From a bacterium (GTDB taxonomy: Bacteria; Patescibacteriota; Minisyncoccia; Phycocordibacterales; UBA12088), in NCBI GenBank assembly GCA_003252295.1, contig QKEV01000013.1, forward strand, positions 25,920-89,919: a DNA stretch of 64,000 bases, in the 5' to 3' direction. Numbering within the stretch: the first letter of the stretch is position 1; the number at the start of each line of letters is the position of its first letter. Position numbers and translations under genes: made by a program. The notes under the pieces are model-generated. The model worked only from the letters and a program-made list of their open reading frames with translations, did not search any database and was not told where the DNA came from. This document shows, one piece after another, positions 48,925 through 56,307 of this stretch.

Positions 48925-49482
48925 ATGGAAGGTAAGTCTACAAAATTAACAACATGGATAGGTTTGGGAGTACTGTGTGTTGCAATAGTTGTAGTTGCTC
49001 AAGTAGCAAGAAACACTGACAACCACACAAAAGAAAACCTACCTCTCAACCAAATAAAAACAAATACTATGAACAACGAAACAAAACAAGAAGATACTAT
49101 CTTCCCAAGGGGCGACAAGGCACCAAATGCAGTCTTTACCGGCGACGTATACGTAAACATGCTCATACCTGATACTGACGGTGTATACAACACACAAGCA
49201 TACAACGTAGAATTTGAACCAGGTGCACGTACCTTTTGGCACTCACATCCAGGAGGGCAACTCTTGCTTGTGACCGAAGGAGTTGGCTACTACCAGGAAG
49301 AAGGAAAGCCAGCACGCCGTCTCACGAAAGGAGATGTAGTTGAGATTCCTATCAACGTAAAGCACTGGCACGGTGCTGCACCAGACAGTCACTTTACCCA
49401 TATAGGTATGAGTACCAGAGTAGATACTGGACCTGCAGAGTGGCTCGGAGAAGTAACTGATGAGGAGTACAATGCTATATAA
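48925..49482 (+). CDS. Cupin domain protein with N-terminal TM
   Basis: FEPGART.WHSHPGGQ.L.V..G.G.YQE, KHWHGAAPDS.F.H. Confidence 0.9.
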   Translation: MEGKSTKLTTWIGLGVLCVAIVVVAQVARNTDNHTKENLPLNQIKTNTMNNETKQEDTIFPRGDKAPNAVFTGDVYVNMLIPDTDGVYNTQAYNVEFEPGARTFWHSHPGGQLLLVTEGVGYYQEEGKPARRLTKGDVVEIPINVKHWHGAAPDSHFTHIGMSTRVDTGPAEWLGEVTDEEYNAI

Positions 49483-49486
49483 GTAA

Positions 49487-50578
49487 GTGATTATTGATAT
49501 GCATTGGTGGAATTTTGTTCTGTTTATAGGGGTTGCATGGGGAGTACTCTTCTCCATGCATTGGGTAGTGTATACACCCATCTCAAGGGTGTATAACGTT
49601 ACCCTTCCCCACTCTTTTCTCGTGTTGAGCTTTTTCTCACTACTCTACTTCCTTGCGAGTATGGTAGTACGTAGTACGGATCATATCGTGGGCACCCTGT
49701 TCTACTACGTTGCTTCAGTATGGCTGGGTGTACTGTTTCTCATGTTCTCAGTACTTCTCGTATACGGACTCGTACACATCACGACTGGATTTGATTCACG
49801 TGTAGTACTCACCGTACTAATTACTGTCACCCTTGGTCTCTCTGTGTACGCACTCGTACAAGGTCGGCAACTAATCACAAAGGAGTACACCGTACCACTT
49901 GAGCACCTCAGTACACCACTACACGTAGTACATCTGTCAGACATCCATGTAGGTACCGTGCATGGAGAAAAGTACCTGCAAGAGGTAGTACAAAAAACAA
50001 ACGCTCTCAATCCTGACCTCATACTCATCACCGGAGATCTCTTTGATGGTTCTGCACCTATTCACACAGAAATGCTCACGGTACTCGACAGCTTTAATGC
50101 ACCTGCATACTTTTCAAACGGCAACCACGAACAGTACGAAGGACTCGACAAGGTACGAAACACACTAGGGACTCTCAAGATGCAACTCTTGGAAAATGAA
50201 CTCATTGAGTACAAGGGTGTGCAGGTTGTAGGGGTAAACGACAGACAGAGTCTACCCCGTGGCACCTCACTCAATGATGTGCTTGATACGTTTACACTCG
50301 ACGGCAACAAACCAACCATACTCATGTACCATTCCCCTGCTGACTGGGAGGTAGCTCGTGCCGCAGGCGTTACCTTCATGCTCTCAGGACACACTCACAA
50401 TGGACAGATATACCCGTTCAACTTACTTGTTCGTGCAGCGTTTCGCAACCTCAACGGTCTCTACGAAGAGCAAGGTTACTATCTTCATATCTCCCCCGGT
50501 ACCGGTACCTGGGGACCACCCATGCGCTTGGGCTCAAGAAACCAAATCACACTTTTAAACTTAGTACCGAAGGAGTAG
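49487..50578 (+). CDS. Membrane metallophosphoesterase (YkuE/YaeI-like)
   Basis: N-terminal TM segments; SDIH, GDLFD, GNHE, HSP, GHTHNGQ, GTWGPPMR. Confidence 0.92.
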   Translation: MIIDMHWWNFVLFIGVAWGVLFSMHWVVYTPISRVYNVTLPHSFLVLSFFSLLYFLASMVVRSTDHIVGTLFYYVASVWLGVLFLMFSVLLVYGLVHITTGFDSRVVLTVLITVTLGLSVYALVQGRQLITKEYTVPLEHLSTPLHVVHLSDIHVGTVHGEKYLQEVVQKTNALNPDLILITGDLFDGSAPIHTEMLTVLDSFNAPAYFSNGNHEQYEGLDKVRNTLGTLKMQLLENELIEYKGVQVVGVNDRQSLPRGTSLNDVLDTFTLDGNKPTILMYHSPADWEVARAAGVTFMLSGHTHNGQIYPFNLLVRAAFRNLNGLYEEQGYYLHISPGTGTWGPPMRLGSRNQITLLNLVPKE

Positions 50579-50614
50579 ATCAAAACATCCACCTTTATGG
50601 TGGGTGTTTTGTAT

Positions 50615-50772
50615 TGGTGCGCGTTAAGGGACTCTCTCCTTACAGGAGCAGTACAGGTTTCCTGTATTTTAGTTCATTTCATTCCCAAAATACGAGGTAA
50701 CCTCTTCGAGTCCCTTAACGCGGAGAAACACTAACGCCTCCAATACTTATCGTATCGGAGGCGAAGTGTCTC
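50615..50772 (-). repeat. tRNA-Val-linked element (hairpin, inverted 18-nt copy, spacer, direct 20-nt 3' copy with CCA)
   Basis: TTCGAGTCCCTTAACGCG at 50705-50722; TGGTGCGCGTTAAGGGACTC at 50615-50634. Confidence 0.85.
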
Positions 50773-50849
50773 TGGTGCGCGTTAAGGGACTCGAACCCCT
50801 GACCCTCTCGGTGTAAACGAGATGCTCTAGCCAACTGAGCTAAACGCGC
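50773..50849 (-). tRNA. tRNA-Val(TAC)
   Basis: GCGCGTT acceptor, TTTACAC loop, GGTTCGAGTCC, encoded CCA. Confidence 0.96.
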
Positions 50850-50893
50850 ATATGTATCGAATGAAATACTATCATATTTTACCAAAAAGTCAC

Positions 50894-51092
50894 CTGTGCC
50901 TTCGGAGGGAATCGAACCTCCAAGTCACTAAGCATAATTGTTCGCTCCGACTCCAATTATGCTAAGTGCTCGTAGGCTCGGCTCGGCGCTTACTCGTGCC
51001 TTAGCACGCGCGCCTGCGCCCGGTTCGATTCCCACACAAAACAGCAAGCAGCAAAAATTCCTAACCTTACATAAGGTTAGGAATTTTTGCCA
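50894..51092 (-). repeat. tRNA-Arg 3'-linked element
   Basis: Hairpin ~51051-51090; inverted GGTTCGATTCCC at 51022-51033; 25-nt direct copy at 50894-50918. Confidence 0.85.
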
Positions 51093-51095
51093 CTG

Positions 51096-51167
51096 TGCCT
51101 TCGGAGGGAATCGAACCCCCATCTAGGGCTTAGAACACCCCAGCTTTATCCATTAAGCTACGAAGGC
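51096..51167 (-). tRNA. tRNA-Arg(TCT)
   Basis: GCCTTCG/CGAAGGC acceptor, TGGATA D-loop (A20), GTTCTAA loop, GGTTCGATTCC. Confidence 0.88.
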
Positions 51168-51213
51168 AAAACTTGTATACATATACCTGTGTCTTTTTTG
51201 AATATTATCCGTA

Positions 51214-51363
51214 GGTGTTCTAAGCAAGCTTATCTCCCTACGGGAGCTGTACACCTTTTGGATATTTCTGTTCACAAGTTCCAGAAATACCTCAAAAGGT
51301 CTTGCGAACGTGGCTTAAGCACGTTCTCACACCCCAGCTTTATCCATTAAGCTACGAAGGCAA
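51214..51363 (-). repeat. tRNA-Arg 5'-linked element (35-nt copy of the 5' half plus inverted anticodon-arm copy)
   Basis: 51329-51363 identical to 51135-51169; GGTGTTCTAAGC at 51214-51225 is the inverse of 51128-51139. Confidence 0.85.
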
Positions 51364-51407
51364 TAGTCGAAGTATACACTACCGCAAGTACACGATTCAT
51401 TCAAGAA

Positions 51408-51845
51408 CTATTCAGTAGTTTCTAATCCGCTCTCTGTTACTTCCTCAGTAACATTACCTTCATCTTCAGTACCATCTTCAGCACTCCCATCTTCCTCAAT
51501 CTCTGATTCCATCAAACCAAGATCAAAAGGTTGAGGAGGAACACTTACTGTTTCAATAAAAGAATTTTCTTTGGCACGGTATTGGTCAACTATATACTTT
51601 ACTCCATCTTTATTAGGGATGGCTGTTTGTATCTGATGCACCTCTTCTGAAAGTGCTTTTTCCCTCATAAGCTCCAGTGTAAAGTACACGTAAACACCTA
51701 TACCAACAAACACCAAACCAACCAGTAACACGAACACAAGTATCATGCGCCAATGTTTTGCAACAGGAAAATCATCACCTATGATCTTCTTATGTTTAAA
51801 GACCTCCTGTATCTTCTGTATGATTTTTTTATACTTGTTTTCCAT
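51408..51845 (-). CDS. Single-TM protein at the end of the pilMNO operon (possible PilP-position protein)
   Basis: One TM, acidic tail, operon position. Confidence 0.55.
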   Translation of the reverse strand: MENKYKKIIQKIQEVFKHKKIIGDDFPVAKHWRMILVFVLLVGLVFVGIGVYVYFTLELMREKALSEEVHQIQTAIPNKDGVKYIVDQYRAKENSFIETVSVPPQPFDLGLMESEIEEDGSAEDGTEDEGNVTEEVTESGLETTE

Positions 51846-51852
51846 TTGTTAT

Positions 51853-52410
51853 CTATATTGTGTGAGCAACCAAATGCACCTTCCCTTTCAGTAAACCACC
51901 AAGCATTTCTTCATTTTCTAGCGAGAAGGCAACATTAAGTATAGAGAGCGCATAAGGAAGTTGTTCAAGTAAGACGAGAAAATGGTACACCTCACTCCAT
52001 TCACCCTCAACAGAAAGAATGAGTTGCACCTCTTTCTGCAGCTCTTTCGGATATTTTGACAGGAGCTTATCGTCATCAACATACTTCATATCAAGCTCAC
52101 TCACCTCAACAGCAGTACTTGCAGTCTGTGCAATCATGTCTATTTGCTCCAAGAAAGGTGTTGGATCTTCAATTGAAACAAAGTACTTATTAAACTCCTC
52201 TCTGTCGCTCGCAGTTTCATCGAGAAAGTGCCTCACTTCCTGTTGACTTTCAGAAACAACATCTACTGAGTGTAGTTCTTGTTCAAGTGTCACAAGTTTC
52301 TCTTGTTGTGATCGTACATATTTATACAACTGAACATAACCAAACAAAGCAACCACCATAAACAGAATGATAGTTATTGTTATCTTTTGTGTTGTTGAAA
52401 TATTTTTCAT
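51853..52410 (-). CDS. pilO: Type IV pilus PilO-like protein
   Basis: N-terminal TM, coiled coil, LSVEGEW..VYHFL..LEQLPY; follows pilN. Confidence 0.7.
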   Translation of the reverse strand: MKNISTTQKITITIILFMVVALFGYVQLYKYVRSQQEKLVTLEQELHSVDVVSESQQEVRHFLDETASDREEFNKYFVSIEDPTPFLEQIDMIAQTASTAVEVSELDMKYVDDDKLLSKYPKELQKEVQLILSVEGEWSEVYHFLVLLEQLPYALSILNVAFSLENEEMLGGLLKGKVHLVAHTI

Positions 52411-52414
52411 ATCA

Positions 52415-52945
52415 CTATTCTTTTGCCATTTGCATATCCAGTGTAAAAGGCAGATCTGTATTCTTTGCCAAATCAGAAATCGGTATCGGGACTAACTCAA
52501 AATATTCACTCTCCTCAAGCGTTCGTGCAAAAGGCGCAACGAGATCACGAGTCTTTGCAACACCCTCTAACGTCATTCTGTTTTCCTTTCGATTGTAAGA
52601 AAAACCAATAATTGTTACCCTTTCTGGACGAAGGTCTGTCACTTCTTTGAAAATGTTTGTAAACTTTTTTTGCTCTAACATATCCTTCAGCACATACGTC
52701 ATGTACTGATGATACTCTAGCTCCTCACTAAGTTTTTTATTTGCTTCCACCTCTGTCTGTCGATCACTGTACTCCCTTTCTTTCTGCTCTATCTCACCTT
52801 TCACATGTATGTAACTTGGAAATAGTGCTATCACCCCAACACCTATTCCCAAAATAAAAAAGAAAAGTGTCATGTTGAGCACACGCAATGCATACTCCAC
52901 AGTTAATTCTTTTTTTCTATTCTTTGAAAGTAAATTTTGAAACAT
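52415..52945 (-). CDS. pilN: Type IV pilus PilN-like protein
   Basis: NLL motif, TM, RP..V.I....Y, LEGVAKTRD..F...LE. Confidence 0.75.
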   Translation of the reverse strand: MFQNLLSKNRKKELTVEYALRVLNMTLFFFILGIGVGVIALFPSYIHVKGEIEQKEREYSDRQTEVEANKKLSEELEYHQYMTYVLKDMLEQKKFTNIFKEVTDLRPERVTIIGFSYNRKENRMTLEGVAKTRDLVAPFARTLEESEYFELVPIPISDLAKNTDLPFTLDMQMAKE

Positions 52946-52947
52946 AC

Positions 52948-54057
52948 CTATTCACTTCTAGAGAGACTTCTCAGACCAAGCCCTACCGCAGTTGCATACT
53001 CGAGTGAGTTACTTGCGTGCATATCAGGAACATACTCATCGTAGAAAAACACTCTCTTCCAGACATCACCAACCTCAACAGACAGTTCAAGTACAGCTTC
53101 AAGGTACTCAACAAGACCCGCAATATTTGCATTACCGCCTACAACAATTACTCGGGACACCTCTTCTTCTTCTGTACCAGTACTGTTCATATGCATATGC
53201 CAGTACATAATATGTTTTTGTATTGACTGGGCAAAATTTGCAATCACTGGCTCAAAAGAATTGAACACCATCTCACTCTCTTCTGTGTCGCGCAAACCAT
53301 ACTTTCTCTTTAATTTTTCTGCTTCCTGAAAAGAAATATTCAAATCCCTCGCAATAGCTCTTGTAAAGTGGTCGCCACCAACATCGAGACTCGCAGTAAA
53401 AGTTACTTCTCCTTGTGTTGAGATAGATACACTTGAATTATTTCTACCTATGTCTACAACAAGAACAGGTCGATCATTTTCACCACCAAGCAACGTACGA
53501 GCTGTTGCTTGACCCTCTATTTCTAAAGAGAGGAGTGTAAACCCTGCCTCCTCTAAGGCACTCATGTACTGCATAACTATTCCCTGTGGGTACACAGAGA
53601 CATTCACATCATAAGTGTCTTTATGTTTCCTATATATTGAAAAATCGAACACTGCTTCATTTGCCTCTATTGGAACATTCTCCTTGAGATGAAATTCTAT
53701 TTTCTGCTCCACCTCAGTACGTGTCCCTTTTGGTACAGACATTTGAAAAAGGTAGGCATGCTCTTCTGGAAGTGCAAGATGCGCAAAGTTAAAGTTATAT
53801 TCATCACGAAGTCGAGTGAGCAATTTCACTACTGTCTCCATGTCTTTTATCTCACCTCGTTCAATAACCTCGAGTGGGAGATCTATCTTTCCATATGTTT
53901 CTAGATTTCTCCTACCCTTTTTGTTGGTGAGTGAAATATACTTGATAGCGTAATCAGAAATATCCAAACCAACGGCTGGCATCGCTAAATACTTTGGTAC
54001 AGGAAATGCTCGTACCAAACCTTGCACTGTTTTTCTTTGAATAGAACTGTTCTGCAT
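52948..54057 (-). CDS. pilM: Type IV pilus assembly actin-like ATPase PilM
   Basis: GLDISD.AIK, VDIG, GGD.FT, GGNANI.GL, ATAVGL.LR; start 54057 or 54093. Confidence 0.9.
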   Translation of the reverse strand: MQNSSIQRKTVQGLVRAFPVPKYLAMPAVGLDISDYAIKYISLTNKKGRRNLETYGKIDLPLEVIERGEIKDMETVVKLLTRLRDEYNFNFAHLALPEEHAYLFQMSVPKGTRTEVEQKIEFHLKENVPIEANEAVFDFSIYRKHKDTYDVNVSVYPQGIVMQYMSALEEAGFTLLSLEIEGQATARTLLGGENDRPVLVVDIGRNNSSVSISTQGEVTFTASLDVGGDHFTRAIARDLNISFQEAEKLKRKYGLRDTEESEMVFNSFEPVIANFAQSIQKHIMYWHMHMNSTGTEEEEVSRVIVVGGNANIAGLVEYLEAVLELSVEVGDVWKRVFFYDEYVPDMHASNSLEYATAVGLGLRSLSRSE

Positions 54058-54125
54058 AGACACTGCTGTCAAGATAAAGTATACACGCTTCATGAGGTAT
54101 TACCTCGCAAAAATGTACACAACAC

Positions 54126-54716
54126 TTACCAGAGCAATTCGGGTAGATCAAAGTACACCGCAGCTACTATTGCAACAAGGAGAAGAACAACGATGGTGAT
54201 GTAGTTGAAATGATCCATATACCTCTCTGCAACTCGTGGTCCAAACTTATTAGCTATCCAAGCAACAAGATAGAAACGTAATCCTCTTCCAACGACTGTT
54301 GCTATCATAAAAGGTAGGAATGCAACTTTAAAGAAACCACCAGCAAGCACAAACACCTTGAAAGGTATTGGTGTAAAAGCAGCAGTGAGCACAGAGAGAA
54401 ACACATTCCCAGCGTAAAGCTCGCCTACATATGCAAACTGTTCAGAAAGGTTGTAGAAATGTATAAGTGGCTGCACCACTGGTTCAAAGACATAGAGACC
54501 AAGCAGGTAGCCGACAACTGCCCCGACAATAGATGCAAGTGTTGTGAGCATTGCATAGTACCTCCACCTCCCTGCTCGTGCTGCAAGGATAGGAATGAGG
54601 AGCATTTCAGAAATCAAAGGTAGACAAACCGTCTCTCCAAAAGAGAGAGCAATGAGCCAAAACTGAGCATACTTTGAGCCCGCCTTACCTTGAAACCACT
54701 TCCACAAACCTTTCAT
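54126..54716 (-). CDS. YqaA/DedA (VTT) family membrane protein
   Basis: SFGE...P, ASIVGA..GY.LG, AAFTPIPFKVF, GRGLRF. Confidence 0.88.
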   Translation of the reverse strand: MKGLWKWFQGKAGSKYAQFWLIALSFGETVCLPLISEMLLIPILAARAGRWRYYAMLTTLASIVGAVVGYLLGLYVFEPVVQPLIHFYNLSEQFAYVGELYAGNVFLSVLTAAFTPIPFKVFVLAGGFFKVAFLPFMIATVVGRGLRFYLVAWIANKFGPRVAERYMDHFNYITIVVLLLVAIVAAVYFDLPELLW

Positions 54717-54719
54717 ATA

Positions 54720-55052
54720 CTAAGATAGCGTGGTGCCAACAGGGATATCATTCAGCGTAGGTTCAAGAATTGAAAACACCCCATCACTTGTTGATACTGC
54801 AAGTATCATTGCCTGACTCTCAAGCCCTCTGATCTTCCTCGACTCAAGGTTTGTAACGAATGGACACTTTACCCCTACGAGGGTTTGTATATCTTCAAAA
54901 TACTCATTGATACCTGATACCACTTGCCGAGGTTCCTCTTCTCCGAAATCAACCGTGAGACGTAAAAGCTTGTCAGTGTCAGGAACCCGTTCTACTGACT
55001 CTATCTTTCCGATCATCATTTCGATCTTTTTAAAATCTTCTATTGAAACCAT
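54720..55052 (-). CDS. Stand-alone tRNA-binding OB-fold protein (Trbp111/MetRS C-terminal-like)
   Basis: IEDF.K..M.IGKI..VE.VP.TDKLL.L.VD.GE, RQVVSGI, NL..RKIRG.ESQAMILA. Confidence 0.9.
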   Translation of the reverse strand: MVSIEDFKKIEMMIGKIESVERVPDTDKLLRLTVDFGEEEPRQVVSGINEYFEDIQTLVGVKCPFVTNLESRKIRGLESQAMILAVSTSDGVFSILEPTLNDIPVGTTLS

Positions 55053-55058
55053 ACTTTT

Positions 55059-55508
55059 TTAATTACTTGTACTTTCTTTAATTTCCTGGCGTTGCTTATC
55101 TAGATAAGTTTGTAAAATAAGAGCTGCTGCTGCTGCATCTACATCTATTTTTTTATTTTTCCTTGTTTTTACCTTATCTTCTAGAGCGCGACGAGCTTCT
55201 GCACTGGTGTACATCTCACTCACCTCCTCAACAGTTAACCCTGTCCTCACTTCAAGAGCACGTGAGAAAATAGCAATACGATGCACTATTGCATTCTCAC
55301 CACCAGCAGGATTATCCGCCTCACCTACAACAATCTTTTCTGCGCCTTCCTTTCGAGCAAGTTCTGCTATTTTTTCTAGGAGGGTGTCATCGTTCGGTAG
55401 CACATCTTTTGCAAACGCAAAAAACTGTGCATCATCAGAAACAGCAACTCCAACACGCTTCGCGCCATAGTCTACACCAATAACTCTACCTATCATTGCT
55501 ATGAGCAT
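55059..55508 (-). CDS. ruvX: YqgF/RuvX pre-16S rRNA nuclease
   Basis: GVDYGAKRVGVAVSD, IVVG, EMYTS.EA, DAAAAALILQTYLD. Confidence 0.92.
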   Translation of the reverse strand: MLIAMIGRVIGVDYGAKRVGVAVSDDAQFFAFAKDVLPNDDTLLEKIAELARKEGAEKIVVGEADNPAGGENAIVHRIAIFSRALEVRTGLTVEEVSEMYTSAEARRALEDKVKTRKNKKIDVDAAAAALILQTYLDKQRQEIKESTSN

Positions 55509-55604
55509 AGCATTTTATACACTCAAATTACAGTGGAAAGGTAAAGTATTTCAAAAAAGAAAAAATCTGGTAAGATAACCACACTCAATTGAATATTGTG
55601 TACT

Positions 55605-55692
55605 GGAGGGGTGGCTGAGAGGTCGAAAGCACCTGTCTTGAAAACAGGCGTATCGAGAGGTACCGTGGGTTCGAATCCCACCCCCTCCGCCA
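55605..55692 (+). tRNA. tRNA-Ser(TGA)
   Basis: GGAGGGG acceptor, CCTGT-CTTGAAA-ACAGG, long variable arm, GGTTCGAATCC, GCCA end. Confidence 0.96.
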
Positions 55693-55766
55693 GTTAGAGC
55701 TAGCACGAGACGCGTCAGAAATGATGCGTTTTATGCTAGTTTTGTAATAAGGGATATTGAGCTATT

Positions 55767-56261
55767 ATGTTGTTGATGAATGTACAAATACATAAATATA
55801 GAAGATTGCTTGTACTTGCAGTAAATGAATTGCTTAAGAAAGGATGTATTTCCTTAGATTATATTAATGATGAAAGAGATGAAAAAGAATTTGGACATCT
55901 TCAAACAAAACTTGTAGGATTTGAATCCATTATTCTATGGAGAAATATAGGTTACGGAGAACTGAAAGTGTCTGTTTGGTGGAATTATAATCACTCAAAA
56001 CACCCTCAGGCTGAAATGGAAGGTGATATGTATGAAAAATTCGATCATGAAAGTCCACTTGCAAAAAAAACAAGTTATCAAAATTTTGTGGGGGCAGTGA
56101 TCTCAGGAACGCTTGAAAGGAAAACTGGAAAATATTTGATGGGAAAAAACAGTGACGGAATAAGTCGCATATACCTTAGAAAAGATATGGGTGATATTTT
56201 AAACAACTTAGTTTCTCCTACTGCAACAGGATACTCCCCAGAAGGTAAATTTCATTTTTAA
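55767..56261 (+). CDS. Hypothetical protein (island cargo)
   Basis: 164-aa ORF with natural composition; no recognised motif. Confidence 0.6.
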   Translation: MLLMNVQIHKYRRLLVLAVNELLKKGCISLDYINDERDEKEFGHLQTKLVGFESIILWRNIGYGELKVSVWWNYNHSKHPQAEMEGDMYEKFDHESPLAKKTSYQNFVGAVISGTLERKTGKYLMGKNSDGISRIYLRKDMGDILNNLVSPTATGYSPEGKFHF

Positions 56262-56307
56262 TTTATTTTTTAGATATAAAGACGTTGATATTAGGACTAA
56301 GTGAATC

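Noticed and set aside
51125-51145. Reading tRNA-Arg as a CTA amber suppressor
   Set aside because: That register gives two mismatches in the anticodon stem; the TCT register pairs fully (with G-U) and the A20 Arg identity element is present.
50894-51363. Intron-containing or split tRNA-Arg built from the outer 5' and 3' copies
   Set aside because: The outer halves together lack the 3' anticodon strand and variable loop, and an intact gene lies between them.
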